Assembly (NCBI GenBank): GCA_002011125.2
Contig: MTMF02000009.1
Coordinates: 1,352,989-1,416,988 of the forward strand
DNA: 64,000 nt
Origin: Candidatus Hydrothermarchaeum profundi
GTDB lineage: Archaea; Hydrothermarchaeota; Hydrothermarchaeia; Hydrothermarchaeales; Hydrothermarchaeaceae
Direction of reading: 5' to 3'
The translations under genes were made by a program, and so were the position numbers. The notes under the pieces were generated by a model. That model saw only the letters and a list, made by a program, of their open reading frames with translations. It was not told the DNA's origin and made no database searches. The number at the start of each line of letters is the position of its first letter. Position 1 is the stretch's first letter. This document shows, in pieces, positions 46,391 through 57,116 of the stretch.

Positions 46391-46975
46391 ATGGCTAGAG
46401 CTAGAAGAAGAGTAGATACTTGGAAAACAAAAAGATGGTATGAAATATTAGCCCCTAAGGGCTTTGGAGAAGTAAAGATAGGAGAAACTCTGGCGAGTGA
46501 TCCTTCGTCTCTAATAGGAAGAACAGTTGAAACAACTATGAGAGAGTTGGCGGGAGATTTTACAAAGCAGCACATTAAGCTTAAATTTGTTATAACCGAT
46601 GTCAAGGGAAACCAAGCATACACGGCTTTTAAGGGTCATGCATTATCTAGGGAGTATATGAGAAGCCAGATAAGAAGGAAAAGCACTAGAGTAGAAGGAG
46701 TTGTCGATGTAACTACGAAAGATGGATGGAAACTTAGGGTAAAAACTATAGCAATTGCTATAGGTAGGGTTCAAACAGCTCAAGAAAAGGCTATTAGAAG
46801 AGTAATGTCTGATTTAGTCAAGAAGGAAGCAGAGGAAAAAGACTTAGATTTATTAATTCAAGAGATCATCCAAAACAGGCTATCCGTAAACATGTATAGA
46901 GCTGCCAGCAAGATATATCCTTTAAAGAGAGTTGAAGTTAGAAAAGTTAAAGTTTTAGAATCAGCTTCAGCCTAA
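46391..46975 (+). CDS. rps3ae: 30S ribosomal protein S3Ae
   Basis: D.WKTKRWY, GRTVETT, KIYPLKRVEVRK. Confidence 0.96.
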   Translation: MARARRRVDTWKTKRWYEILAPKGFGEVKIGETLASDPSSLIGRTVETTMRELAGDFTKQHIKLKFVITDVKGNQAYTAFKGHALSREYMRSQIRRKSTRVEGVVDVTTKDGWKLRVKTIAIAIGRVQTAQEKAIRRVMSDLVKKEAEEKDLDLLIQEIIQNRLSVNMYRAASKIYPLKRVEVRKVKVLESASA

Positions 46976-46990
46976 TTCATAGGTAGAATT

Positions 46991-47701
46991 ATGTTATGGC
47001 TGGCGATTTGCCTCGTGCTAGGGGTAGTGGTATATAAAAAAGGCATACTTGACTTAAAAGGTACTCTAGCTGCTACATATATCGGGCTAGTCATAGTTTA
47101 TTTTGCTGGTTTCGACTGGCTTATTCTTTTACTAGTTTTTCTGTTTACCGCGTATATTGCAACGAGATTTAGGTACAGTTTCAAAAGCGCCATAAGAGTC
47201 TCTGAATCAAATAGCGGTAAAAGAAGCATTACACACGTACTTGCTAACGGTCTTGTGCCTACCGCTTTTGCTGTTATATGGTATATTAAGGACTCTGACC
47301 TCTTAGCATCTACGATTGCAGCAAGTTATATTGCTGCTGTAGCCACAGTTACAGGTGATACTCTTTCTTCTGAGATAGGAGTATTAAGTAAAAAAAAGCC
47401 ATTGTTAATTACTACATTAGAAAAAGTACCACCGGGCACCAATGGGGGAGTTACTATATTAGGAACTTTTGCGGGTATCCTAGGTGCGTTTATTATAGGG
47501 CTGACCGCTTGGATACTAAAGTTAGCTAGTTTTGAGACCGCAATTTTAGTCGCAGTAATTGGTGGAACATTCGGATTCACTGTCGATAGCGTTTTAGGCG
47601 CTGTTTTCGAGAGAAGAGGTCTTATAGGAAACGGTTCCGTTAATTTTCTATCGACTCTCGCAGGCAGCATCGCTGGATTATATGTATATCTTTTGATCTA
47701 A
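46991..47701 (+). CDS. DUF92/TMEM19 family membrane protein
   Basis: R....VLANG, DTLSSEIG, LITT...VPPGTNGGVT..G, DSVLGA..E, VNFLST. Confidence 0.9.
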   Translation: MLWLAICLVLGVVVYKKGILDLKGTLAATYIGLVIVYFAGFDWLILLLVFLFTAYIATRFRYSFKSAIRVSESNSGKRSITHVLANGLVPTAFAVIWYIKDSDLLASTIAASYIAAVATVTGDTLSSEIGVLSKKKPLLITTLEKVPPGTNGGVTILGTFAGILGAFIIGLTAWILKLASFETAILVAVIGGTFGFTVDSVLGAVFERRGLIGNGSVNFLSTLAGSIAGLYVYLLI

Positions 47702-47776
47702 ATTAAGAGGGTATAGGTGATCAATTTATATGTTTCTAGAAAAGCTTTAAGTTACACTTTTCCAATCTTTTTCTGT

Positions 47777-48937
47777 ATGAAGGCTCTAGTAGTGATCTGT
47801 GATGGTATGGGGGATAGGCCAATAGAAGAACTTGGTAAAAAAACGCCGCTAGAGGTAGCGAGGACTCCTAATATGGATGAACTTGCTGCGCGGGGGATAA
47901 ATGGGACTATGCATCCAATCGGTCCTGGGATAAGGGCAGGCTCTGATACATCTCATTTAGCTATTTTGGGTTACGATCCCTTTAAAGTGTATACAGGTAG
48001 AGGCCCCTTTGAAGCAGCCGGTTTAGGCATTGAACTAAAACCCGGAGACATAGCATTCCGATGTAATTTTGCCACAATAGATGAAAACATGGTAGTAACC
48101 GATAGGAGGGCAGGAAGAATAAAAGATACGACGGAGCTTGCTAAGATAATAAATACTCTTACGCTACCTGGCGTTGAAATTATTTTTAAATCTCTAAGTT
48201 ACAGGGGAGCACTAGTGTTACGTGGTAGAGGCTTAAGTTATAAGGTTTCTGACTCTGATCCGCATTACCCCAATAAAAAAGTTGAGAAAGTGAAGCCTCT
48301 CGATAATTCAAAAGAGGCTAAAAGAACAGCGCAACTAGTTAATGAATTCACCGAAAAGGTACAAGAAGCTCTTAGCGGAAAGAAGGCTAATATGCTTCTA
48401 CTCAGAGGATGTGGGGCTGCTGTAAAATTGCAGTCCATAACGGAGAAATACGGGATTTCCGGCTCATGCATGGCTACTACTGCTATAATAAAGGGAATAG
48501 CAAAGTCGGTGGGAATGAATATAATCAATGCGGATTTAAATTATCTTAAGCGAAGTTCAAGGGCACTAAAAGAACTTGAAAAGGTAGACTTCCTCTTAAT
48601 GAATATTAAAGAAGCTGATGAGGCGGGGCACGACCATAACCCTCGAAAAAAAGTAGAGATAATAGAAAAAATAGATGAGGCGATAGGAGTTTTTTTGGAT
48701 TTCTCGCAGGAAAATTATGTTGCTGTACTAGCGGACCATACGACACCATGTAGCTTTGGAGATCATACAGGTGATCCCGTGCCTATTACAATTTGTGGCC
48801 CTGAAGTAAGGACTGACGAAGTAGATAAGTTTAGCGAAAGAGCAAATTCTAAGGGAGGCTTAGGATGGATAGTAGGAACAAATTTTATGCCTATCCTATT
48901 GAATTTTATGAATAAATCTGAAAAGTTTGGTGCATGA
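47777..48937 (+). CDS. apgM: 2,3-BPG-independent phosphoglycerate mutase
   Basis: DGMGDRP, TPLE.A.TPNMD, GSDTSHL, GRGPFEA, DEAGHD, ADHTTP, HTGDPVP. Start at ATG 47777. Confidence 0.94.
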   Translation: MKALVVICDGMGDRPIEELGKKTPLEVARTPNMDELAARGINGTMHPIGPGIRAGSDTSHLAILGYDPFKVYTGRGPFEAAGLGIELKPGDIAFRCNFATIDENMVVTDRRAGRIKDTTELAKIINTLTLPGVEIIFKSLSYRGALVLRGRGLSYKVSDSDPHYPNKKVEKVKPLDNSKEAKRTAQLVNEFTEKVQEALSGKKANMLLLRGCGAAVKLQSITEKYGISGSCMATTAIIKGIAKSVGMNIINADLNYLKRSSRALKELEKVDFLLMNIKEADEAGHDHNPRKKVEIIEKIDEAIGVFLDFSQENYVAVLADHTTPCSFGDHTGDPVPITICGPEVRTDEVDKFSERANSKGGLGWIVGTNFMPILLNFMNKSEKFGA

Positions 48938-48938
48938 T

Positions 48939-50300
48939 ATGGAGTATATATTCAGAGCCTATGATGTGAGGGGCATCTTTAATAAGGAAATAACGCCTGA
49001 AATAGCAGCGAAGATTGGAATTGCGTTTGGAACGTATCTAAAGGGAGAGGGTAAGGTATTAGTGGGCCGTGACCCTAGGACAAGCAGCCTTATAATGGAA
49101 AATGCTTTTATATCAGGTCTATCTGCGACAGGTTGCGATGTCTACTCGACAGGGTTGGTACCGATACCGACAGCAAACTTTAAGATTTGGCAAGGGGGCT
49201 ATGATGCCGGAGCATATATAACTGCTTCTCATAATCCTCCTGAGTATAATGGCGTTAGATTTAGGCATCCTGATGGCACGGGCTATACATTTCAAAACGA
49301 AGAAATTAAGAATATCTTTCTAAAAGAGGAGTTCAAGCTATCAGATTGGAAGAATGTAGGTAGAATAATATACATAAATCCTGAAAAAACGCTAAGAGAA
49401 TACTCAGACTATATTTTAAGCAAATTTAACCCAGTATATGAGAAATTCAAGGTGGTCATTGACCCGGGTAATGGAGCAGCATCTCTGATTGCGCCATATA
49501 TCTTCAGAGAATTTGGAGCAAAAGTTTCAACAATAAATTGTTATCCGGATGGAACCTTTCCTGGAAGACCCTCTGAGCCGAATGAAAAAAATCTCGGAGA
49601 CTTGATGAAAGCAGTAGTCGCTACAGGAGCAGATTTTGGGGCAGGTTATGATGGCGACGCAGATAGGGTTGTATTCGTAGATGATAAGGGTAGGGTTGTG
49701 CAAAACGAGAAGATAGGAATAATAATCTCAAAAAGGATACTTGAGAAAAAGAAGGGTATTATTATAGCAAACATGGAATGCTCTATGATAGTTGAAAGCG
49801 AGATTAAAAAGGCAGGTGGTACTGTAAAAAGAGTCAGAGTAGGAGATGTATTCGTGGCGGAAGCAATTAAAAAATATAATGCGCTTTTTGCAATGGAAAC
49901 AAGTGCACACTACTTTTTTCCAGAATTTTATACCTTCGATGACCCTATTGTTGTAAGCTTAAAACTGGGCGAGATACTTTCTGAATGGGGATTAAAACTC
50001 TCTGAGATGGTCGATGAGATCCCTAGTTATCCTAAAGTAATGGAAAATATACCATGCCCGGATGAAAAAAAATTCAAAGTGATAGATGAACTTATAAATA
50101 CTTATAAAAACTCAGGCTTGCCTGTAGATCTTACTGATGGTGTTAAGGTAAGCTATAGCGATGGATGGTTTTTATTGAGGCCGTCAAATACAACTCCTTT
50201 AATTAGGGCAACTGTAGAGGCGAAGTCCAACGATAGGCTTCAAGAGCTTTTAAAAATGGTTAAAAAGGAAATTAAAACTGCTTTGAAGAAAATTAGTTAG
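48939..50300 (+). CDS. Phosphohexomutase (PMM/PGM/GlmM family)
   Basis: IFRAYDVRG, ITASHNPPEYNG, DGDADR, RPSNT. Confidence 0.93.
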   Translation: MEYIFRAYDVRGIFNKEITPEIAAKIGIAFGTYLKGEGKVLVGRDPRTSSLIMENAFISGLSATGCDVYSTGLVPIPTANFKIWQGGYDAGAYITASHNPPEYNGVRFRHPDGTGYTFQNEEIKNIFLKEEFKLSDWKNVGRIIYINPEKTLREYSDYILSKFNPVYEKFKVVIDPGNGAASLIAPYIFREFGAKVSTINCYPDGTFPGRPSEPNEKNLGDLMKAVVATGADFGAGYDGDADRVVFVDDKGRVVQNEKIGIIISKRILEKKKGIIIANMECSMIVESEIKKAGGTVKRVRVGDVFVAEAIKKYNALFAMETSAHYFFPEFYTFDDPIVVSLKLGEILSEWGLKLSEMVDEIPSYPKVMENIPCPDEKKFKVIDELINTYKNSGLPVDLTDGVKVSYSDGWFLLRPSNTTPLIRATVEAKSNDRLQELLKMVKKEIKTALKKIS

Positions 50301-50309
50301 GTATGCAAA

Positions 50310-51551
50310 GTGAAAGCCGTAATACTCGCAGCAGGTAAAGGCACGAGACTTGAGCCTATAACAGATAATACTCCTAAAGCGATGCTTCCTATAGCAGGAA
50401 AGCCTATCCTAGAGTATATTCTAGAATCGATGAGGGAGGCAGGGATAGGAGAAATCACAATAGTAGTAGGGTATAAAGCGGATAGTATCCGAGACTACTT
50501 TAAAGATGGAGCTAGATTAGGTCTCTCTATCGATTATGTTTTGCAAGAAACTCAGCTAGGAACTGCAGATGCGATACGAAGATGTAAATTTGATGAGGAT
50601 TTTCTAGTTTTAGCAGGGGATGCCATAGTATCAGTGGATGTAATTAAAACTGTTCTTGAAAATCACGATTCAGCGGTTACGCTCGGTGTCAAAAAAGTAG
50701 AGAACCCTGAAGGATATGGGGTCGTAATATTAGAAAATGGAAAAGTTAAAAAAATTGTAGAAAAACCTAAAGAATATATCTCCAATTTAGCGTGTATTGG
50801 TGTAAACTGTTTTTCGCCTGAGATCTTTAATGCGATTGAAAAAACCCCAAAGTCTGAGAGAGGCGAATATGAGATTACAGATTCTATTAAAATTTTAATG
50901 GAAGAAGGTAAAAAAGTTAAAGCCGTTGAAGTTCGTGGAGAATGGCTTGATATTGGTAACCCGTGGAGCTATCTAGATGCAAATAAAAAGATTTTGGGGA
51001 AAAAAGATTTAAAGATCCTAGGTATTGTTGAAGAAAATGTGGTTTTAAAAGGAACCGTGGTTCTCGGGAAGGGCTCTATAATTAAGTCAGGGTCTTATTT
51101 GGAGGGCCCTGTATATATTGGGGAAAACTCTATTATAGGGCCTAATGCTTACCTCAGGAACTATTCTTCTATTGGTTCCAACTGCTATGTAGGGAATAGT
51201 GTTGAAATAAAAAATTCTATAATTATGGACGGCACAAAGGTCCCTCATTTATCATATGTCGGTGATTCAATTATAGGAAAAAACTGCAATTTAGGCGCAG
51301 GGACTTTGGTTGGGAACCTACGTTTAGATAGTAAAAATGTGATGATGCGAATAAAAGGAAAGCTAGTCGATACTGGGAGAAGAAAGTTTGGATGCGTTAT
51401 AGGTGATAATACAAAATTGGGATTAAATGTAATGATCAATTCCGGTAAAAAGATAGGTAACAATTGTATGATTGGGCCAGGTATTATAATATATAGCGAT
51501 ATTCCTAATGGTTCTTTTATTTTAAGTAAACAAGTGATAGAAAAAAGATAA
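50310..51551 (+). CDS. glmU: Bifunctional sugar-1-P nucleotidyltransferase/acetyltransferase (archaeal GlmU)
   Basis: LAAGKGTRL, RGEYEITD, left-handed beta-helix with EIKNSII, PHLSYVGDS, RRKFG. Confidence 0.88.
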   Translation: MKAVILAAGKGTRLEPITDNTPKAMLPIAGKPILEYILESMREAGIGEITIVVGYKADSIRDYFKDGARLGLSIDYVLQETQLGTADAIRRCKFDEDFLVLAGDAIVSVDVIKTVLENHDSAVTLGVKKVENPEGYGVVILENGKVKKIVEKPKEYISNLACIGVNCFSPEIFNAIEKTPKSERGEYEITDSIKILMEEGKKVKAVEVRGEWLDIGNPWSYLDANKKILGKKDLKILGIVEENVVLKGTVVLGKGSIIKSGSYLEGPVYIGENSIIGPNAYLRNYSSIGSNCYVGNSVEIKNSIIMDGTKVPHLSYVGDSIIGKNCNLGAGTLVGNLRLDSKNVMMRIKGKLVDTGRRKFGCVIGDNTKLGLNVMINSGKKIGNNCMIGPGIIIYSDIPNGSFILSKQVIEKR

Positions 51552-51591
51552 ACTCAACGAAGTTTACTCTCGTTACTTTGGATTATGGGTA

Positions 51592-51890
51592 TAGGGCGAG
51601 CTGGAGGGCATCTTTCGCCTGCTAGTCAGGTGAGGAAACTCCGCCCATCATTGCGGAACCCGACCTCTCGTAAGAGAGGAGGCCGAGAGGCCTAGCTCTG
51701 GAGCAGAAACGATACATCCCTGCGGTGATGATGATTGCAGAGCATGAAGGTCCGCAGGGCATGGTGAAACGGCCAACTTCGGGGATGCAAGCTCAAACAA
51801 TCGCCAATGAGCATCCGCACGAGGCGAGTGGTAGAGCGCTTAGACGAATGATGCCTTTAACAGAAGGCGGGTTACTCCCAGCACGCCCTA
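51592..51890 (+). ncRNA. rnpB: RNase P RNA (archaeal type A)
   Basis: P1 TAGGGCG.GCTGG/CCAGC.CGCCCTA; GAGGAAACTCCGCCC and ACAGAAGGCGGGTTACT (P4); P8 CCTCTC-GTAA-GAGAGG; P9 GGCC-GAGA-GGCC; GCAGAAAC and GTGAAACGGCC conserved joins. Confidence 0.93.
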
Positions 51891-51893
51891 GGC

Positions 51894-51929
51894 GAGAGGC
51901 ACTTTTCATGTGCCTCTCTCACTTTTTTT
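51894..51929 (+). terminator. Hairpin plus T-tract after rnpB
   Basis: GAGAGGCAC-TTTTCAT-GTGCCTCTC followed by T7; lies between convergent genes. Confidence 0.65.
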
Positions 51930-51946
51930 GTCTTGCGGAAAAACCT

Positions 51947-52678
51947 TCATTGCGTTTCAGGTTCTAAATAACTCGTATACTCCTGTAGAAGCTCAGGGTT
52001 TTTCAGCAAATCATCAATAGTTATGTTTTTAAGTTCTGGAGGTAGAGATTCCTCCAATTGTGCTAACTCTTCCTCTGTAATATTTTTTCCAAACTCTTCT
52101 TTAACCCTAGAAATAACTTTTTCATTTTTTATAGCTTCTTGCAAAGTCATCTCAGGATTTTCCTCTATTGAAGCGATAAGTAGTGGTATATTCGGCATAT
52201 TTGGCCCAATTTCAGCTGTTAGTATACCTGAGAAATCTTTAGTCGTTGGAATTGGGATCTTAGGTATCGGTATTGAAACAAGAGGAGTATGCAACTTTCC
52301 ATCTATTTCAATTTTATTGCCGGTAGTTGTCATTTGAAGCAATTCTGAAAGAGTTTTCGTAATTGATATCCTAGCTTCGATAGTTTTTTCTTCCCCTTTA
52401 GCTATGCTAATTTCCTTCATTATCCCAGAGCCTATATATTCTCCGTTAAGGTATATGTTGATGTCTGCAGAGGGTAGAGTAGTGGCTTCTCCGGGGTTAT
52501 ATACTGAAATTAATACATTTAACACTAAAGGGGAGAGAGTAATTGGTTCGATACCTTCTGGATATATTTCCAGCCCCATAACGGGTTTAATAATTGTTAG
52601 GTAAGTGTATCCAATGAACGCAGAGATACCTAATATCACTATTAAAAAGACCACAAGTATTTTTTTACCTAAAGACAT
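51947..52678 (-). CDS. Membrane-anchored LEA type 2-like protein
   Basis: N-terminal TM, then VYNP....L....INIYLNGEYIGSG...ISI beta-sandwich pattern. Confidence 0.6.
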   Translation of the reverse strand: MSLGKKILVVFLIVILGISAFIGYTYLTIIKPVMGLEIYPEGIEPITLSPLVLNVLISVYNPGEATTLPSADINIYLNGEYIGSGIMKEISIAKGEEKTIEARISITKTLSELLQMTTTGNKIEIDGKLHTPLVSIPIPKIPIPTTKDFSGILTAEIGPNMPNIPLLIASIEENPEMTLQEAIKNEKVISRVKEEFGKNITEEELAQLEESLPPELKNITIDDLLKNPELLQEYTSYLEPETQ

Positions 52679-52747
52679 TTTATCACCTAACTACAATTAA
52701 GAACTTTTTCATATATTTGTATTAAGGTAAAATATATTCATTTTGTC

Positions 52748-52948
52748 ATGGAAGTATCAGTAAAGATAAGAAGAGAAGAAAAGTCTGTCATATTAGATGA
52801 AGGCTCTACGATAAATGACCTTCTAAAAAAATTAGGCATAAATAGAGAAACGGTGCTAATAAGAAGAAATGGAAAACTCTGTATTGAAGAGGAGGTCCTC
52901 AACGATAGAGATAGCGTGGAGATAATCCCAGCTATCTCCGGGGGGTAA
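52748..52948 (+). CDS. Ubiquitin-like sulfur carrier (ThiS/MoaD/SAMP)
   Basis: C-terminal ISGG; adjacent to the tRNA thiolase gene. Confidence 0.9.
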   Translation: MEVSVKIRREEKSVILDEGSTINDLLKKLGINRETVLIRRNGKLCIEEEVLNDRDSVEIIPAISGG

Positions 52949-52950
52949 AT

Positions 52951-53838
52951 ATGAGATGTAATAAATGTGGAGGTCGACCTGTCTACTTTCAGAGGTATAG
53001 TGGGCAAAAATTCTGTGAAACCCATTTTAAAGACTATTTCGAATACAAATTCAGGAGAACTATAAAAAAATACCGCATGTTAGAGAGAGATGAAAAAATT
53101 GCCGTAGCTCTTTCTGGCGGTAAAGATAGCATAACGGCTCTATATCTCCTAAATAAGATAGGTGAAAGAATGGGAATTTCCTTATATGCGATAGCAGTAG
53201 ACGAAGGTATAAAGGGATATCGTGAAAAAACCTTAAAAAACGCAGAGAAATTTTGTAAAAAATATAATATTCCTCTACATATTTTATCCTTCAGAGAATA
53301 CTTCGGCAAAACGTTGGACGAAATGCAAAGAGAGAGTATGGGATGTTATAATTGTGGGGTTCTAAGAAGGAGATTGTTAAATGATAAGAGCCGTGAATTA
53401 GGAGCCTCTAAACTAGCTACAGGACACAATTTGGACGATGAAGTTCAAACAATTATGATGAACTATATCCGGGGTGATTTAGAAAGGCTTATTAGACTAC
53501 ATAAATCTGTTGATCATGAGAAATTTGTTAAAAGAATAAAGCCACTATCTGAGCTTCCGGAAAAAGAGGTTGCAGTATATGCAACCTTACAGGGATTTAA
53601 TGCACCTTTGGAGGAATGCCCTTATTCTGCAAATTCTTTCCGAGAAGACATAAAGAAAATTATATATTTCCTTGAAAATGAGAATCCTGGGATAAAATAT
53701 TCGATATTAAGAGGCTATCAAAAGCTTCAACCGTATCTAGAAAACTACTCGCTAAGAGAGATAATGAATTGCAAGATATGTGGAAATCCTTCATCTAGTG
53801 AAATGTGCAAAGCATGCCAGCTAGAGATGTATATGTAA
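52951..53838 (+). CDS. ncsA: tRNA 2-thiolation protein NcsA/TtuA
   Basis: N-terminal CxxC, SGGKDS, CYNCGV.RR, ATGHNLDD, CPY, C-terminal CxxC...CKAC. Confidence 0.9.
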   Translation: MRCNKCGGRPVYFQRYSGQKFCETHFKDYFEYKFRRTIKKYRMLERDEKIAVALSGGKDSITALYLLNKIGERMGISLYAIAVDEGIKGYREKTLKNAEKFCKKYNIPLHILSFREYFGKTLDEMQRESMGCYNCGVLRRRLLNDKSRELGASKLATGHNLDDEVQTIMMNYIRGDLERLIRLHKSVDHEKFVKRIKPLSELPEKEVAVYATLQGFNAPLEECPYSANSFREDIKKIIYFLENENPGIKYSILRGYQKLQPYLENYSLREIMNCKICGNPSSSEMCKACQLEMYM

Positions 53839-53950
53839 CTTTCGAAATCCTTATATAGGAGTAAACAACTGTTGGATGTAAAAGTCCACCTTGGGCGTTC
53901 ATTTTTCTTAGACATCGTCTAAGACATTTAAGAATCAAGGAGTAAGAAAT

Positions 53951-54946
53951 ATGGGAAAACGTGCACATCACCCAAAAAGAGGGTCACTAGGGTATAGCCC
54001 TAGAAAAAGGGCAGTATCACCTATACCCAGGATCAGATCATGGGTAGATGAAGATAGAGTTAGATTGCAAGGTTTTACAGGTTATAAAGCTGGAACAACG
54101 CATGTAATTATGATAGACGACTTCCCTCATAGCCCAACTTATGGGGAAGAAATTAAGGCAGCTGCCACCGTTGTTGAAACTCCTCCTCTCAGGGTGTGCG
54201 GGATAAGAGCTTATAGCTTGGATACAACTGGACTAAAGGTTATATCAGAGGTTTGGGAACCCAAACCTCTTAAACATTTGACAAAAGTTATTAGACTTCC
54301 TAATAAATTTGAGCATAATGCTAGTGATATTGAGAGCGTTTTAGACTCGGTAGATGAGATAAGACTGATTGTCCACACTCAGCCTTGGAATAGCGGAGCC
54401 TCTAGGAAGAAGCCTGAGATAATGGAGTATAAGGTCAGCGGAAATGTCACAGAGGGATATGCATATGCAAAGGAGCACTTAGGCAAAGATATCACAGTTT
54501 CTGAAGTCTTTGAGGAAGGAGAGTATCTTGATGTCATCAGCATTACAAAAGGAAAGGGATTCCAGAGCCCTGTAAAGAGGTGGGGGGTAAAACATCTACC
54601 GCGGAAGACAAGAAAAGGACATAGGACAGCAGGAACTCTGGGACCGTGGCATCCCTCAGCCATGATGTGGACAGTCCCGCAAAGCGGTAGAATGGGTTAT
54701 CACCAGAGGACTGAGTATAATAAAAGAATATTGAAAGTAGGTACCGGGAAGGATGAAATTACGCCTCTTGGAGGATTCTTAGGTTATGGGGTAGTTTCTA
54801 GTAATTATCTTTTGTTACATGGATCCATACCTGGTCCCAGAAACAGGCTCGTAAGATTGAGACCGGCTATTAGGCCTCCTTCAAGAATGCCTGAAGGACC
54901 ACCACAGATATTATATATAAGTAGGGAATCTAAGCAGGGCGTATAA
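53951..54946 (+). CDS. rpl3: 50S ribosomal protein L3
   Basis: GSLGYSPRKRA, GYKAG, TKGKGFQ.PVKRWG, GYHQRTEYNKRI. Confidence 0.97.
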   Translation: MGKRAHHPKRGSLGYSPRKRAVSPIPRIRSWVDEDRVRLQGFTGYKAGTTHVIMIDDFPHSPTYGEEIKAAATVVETPPLRVCGIRAYSLDTTGLKVISEVWEPKPLKHLTKVIRLPNKFEHNASDIESVLDSVDEIRLIVHTQPWNSGASRKKPEIMEYKVSGNVTEGYAYAKEHLGKDITVSEVFEEGEYLDVISITKGKGFQSPVKRWGVKHLPRKTRKGHRTAGTLGPWHPSAMMWTVPQSGRMGYHQRTEYNKRILKVGTGKDEITPLGGFLGYGVVSSNYLLLHGSIPGPRNRLVRLRPAIRPPSRMPEGPPQILYISRESKQGV

Positions 54947-54948
54947 AA

Positions 54949-55725
54949 ATGAAGGTTAATGTCTATTCTATCGATTCTAAAAAGAAGCGCGAGATTGAAT
55001 TGCCCAGCGTTTTTCTAGAGGATATCAGGACAGATATAATTAAAAGAGCGGTTTTAGCGGTGCAGTCTGAAAGATATCAACCTCAAGGAGTTGATCCATT
55101 AGCCGGAAAAAGGACATCTGCAACCTCGTGGGGTCCGGGGCATGGTGTATCAAGAGTACCGAGAGTTAAAGGAAGTAGACATCATGCTGCCGGGCGGGCA
55201 GCTTTTGTGCCTCAAGCAGTTGGAGGCAGAGTAGCGCATCCTCCCGTTGTAGAGAAGAAAATCGTTAAAAAGATTAACTTAAAGGAGAAGAGGAAGGCCT
55301 TGAGGTCTGCTATAGCAGCGACTAAAGAAAGGGAACTAGTTGAAGCGAGAGGACATAAAATTGAAAAATTGCCTGAAATACCTCTAATCGTTGAGGATAA
55401 AATTCAAAGTCTTAAGACTGCTAAAGAGACGAGAGAAGTATTTATAACACTCGGTGTATGGGAGGACATCCTTAGAGCTAAAGAAAGGAAGATAAGAGCT
55501 GGTAAAGGAAAAATGAGGGGGCGGAAGTATAAGACTAAAAAAAGTGCTCTATTAGTGATATCTGAAGATAAAGGAATAAAGAATGGAGCGAGAAATCATC
55601 CCGGAGTTGATGTGGTTACAGTAAATGAACTTAGTGTAGAGCACCTAGCACCAGGTGCTACTCCCGGGAGGCTTACTATATATACAGAGTCTGCACTGAA
55701 GAAAATCGAGGAGAGGTTCAAATGA
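54949..55725 (+). CDS. rpl4: 50S ribosomal protein L4
   Basis: [41 protein letters not shown]. Confidence 0.97.
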   Translation: MKVNVYSIDSKKKREIELPSVFLEDIRTDIIKRAVLAVQSERYQPQGVDPLAGKRTSATSWGPGHGVSRVPRVKGSRHHAAGRAAFVPQAVGGRVAHPPVVEKKIVKKINLKEKRKALRSAIAATKERELVEARGHKIEKLPEIPLIVEDKIQSLKTAKETREVFITLGVWEDILRAKERKIRAGKGKMRGRKYKTKKSALLVISEDKGIKNGARNHPGVDVVTVNELSVEHLAPGATPGRLTIYTESALKKIEERFK

Positions 55726-55982
55726 AACCCTATGATATATTGATCCACCCGGATGTGACAGAAAAGTCAATGAGCCTTATAGAAAGAGAGAACAAGTTAG
55801 TTTTCGTTGTAGCTAGAAATTCTACAAAAAACCAAATAAAAAGAGCTGTAGAAAGTTTGTATGAGGTTAAAGTGGAAAAAGTAAATACACTAGTAACTCC
55901 AAAAGGTATTAAAAGAGCCTACGTAAAACTAAGACCCGAGTACAAGGCTGAAGAAGTAGCTACAAGGATAGGCGTATTCTAA
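55722..55982 (+). CDS. rpl23: 50S ribosomal protein L23
   Basis: TEKSM..IE.ENKLVF, KVNT, K.AYVKL. Confidence 0.96.
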   Translation: MKPYDILIHPDVTEKSMSLIERENKLVFVVARNSTKNQIKRAVESLYEVKVEKVNTLVTPKGIKRAYVKLRPEYKAEEVATRIGVF

Positions 55983-55993
55983 GGTGAATAAGA

Positions 55994-56713
55994 ATGGGGA
56001 AAAAAATCATATCGCAAAGACGAGGAAGAGGAACGAGCACGTTTAGAGCACCCTCTCACAGATATAAAGTAAAAGCTTTACACAAGAAATACGATGAAAA
56101 AGAGAAAGAAGGAGTAATTAAAGGAAAAATAGTTGATATTCTTAAGGACCCTGCAAGGACGGCTCCAGTTGCAGAAGTTTTATTAGAGAATAATGAAAAA
56201 ATCAATATATTAGCCGTAGAAGGAATTAAAGTTGGAGACGAGATTTCGTTTGGAGGTGCAGCTGAAATAGTTCAGGGAAATACTCTCCCTCTTGGAAAGA
56301 TTCCTGAAGGAACCCCTGTAAATAATGTGGAAGCTATACCGGGAGACGGAGGAAAATATATTAGATCTTCTGGTGTCTATGGACTCGTTATTGCTCATGA
56401 TGATGGAAGGACAGTAGTTCAAATGCCTTCTGGAGAGTTAAAAACTCTGGATTCCGATTGTAGAGCAACTATAGGGATTGTAGCGGGGGGAGGTAGAAGG
56501 GAAAAACCTATATTAAAAGCAGGAAAGCGGTGGCATATGATAAGATCCAAAGCTAAATATTGGCCTATAGTTAGAAAAGTGGCCATGAACCCTGTAGATC
56601 ACCCTCATGGAGGAGGTTCGAGAAGACCCGGGAAGCCCACTACAGTATCTAGAAATCTACCTCCCGGAGCTAAAGTAGGTCTTATAGCAGCGAAGAGGGC
56701 GGGGAGGAAGTGA
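55994..56713 (+). CDS. rpl2: 50S ribosomal protein L2
   Basis: [30 protein letters not shown]. Confidence 0.97.
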   Translation: MGKKIISQRRGRGTSTFRAPSHRYKVKALHKKYDEKEKEGVIKGKIVDILKDPARTAPVAEVLLENNEKINILAVEGIKVGDEISFGGAAEIVQGNTLPLGKIPEGTPVNNVEAIPGDGGKYIRSSGVYGLVIAHDDGRTVVQMPSGELKTLDSDCRATIGIVAGGGRREKPILKAGKRWHMIRSKAKYWPIVRKVAMNPVDHPHGGGSRRPGKPTTVSRNLPPGAKVGLIAAKRAGRK

Positions 56714-56714
56714 A

Positions 56715-57107
56715 ATGCCTAAAAAATTCTTATACCGAGGATATGAAATAGAAGAACTTCAAAGAATGTCACTGGCCGAGTTATCTAGGATTTTTCCTGC
56801 TAGGCAGAGAAGGTCTTTAAATCGTGGTTTCACTCCAAGACAAAAAAAGTTACTGGAAAAAATAAGAAAGTTCAAAGAAGGTAAAAAGGTAAGACTAAAA
56901 ACTCATTGTAGAGATATGGTGATTTTACCTGAAATGGTTGGATTGACAATTGAGGTTCATAATGGTAAAGAGTTTCAAAGGGTTGAAATAAAGCCCGAGA
57001 TGATAGGTCATTATTTAGGAGAATTTGCATTGACTAGAAAGAAAGTAGTTCATGGGGCCCCAGGTATGGGCGCCACTAAATCTAGCTTGTATGTTCCCCT
57101 CAAGTAA
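56715..57107 (+). CDS. rps19: 30S ribosomal protein S19
   Basis: [30 protein letters not shown]. Confidence 0.97.
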   Translation: MPKKFLYRGYEIEELQRMSLAELSRIFPARQRRSLNRGFTPRQKKLLEKIRKFKEGKKVRLKTHCRDMVILPEMVGLTIEVHNGKEFQRVEIKPEMIGHYLGEFALTRKKVVHGAPGMGATKSSLYVPLK

Positions 57108-57116
57108 GGTGTATGT

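Noticed and set aside
51725-51967. 80-aa plus-strand ORF
   Set aside because: Lies within the RNase P RNA gene and its terminator; spurious.
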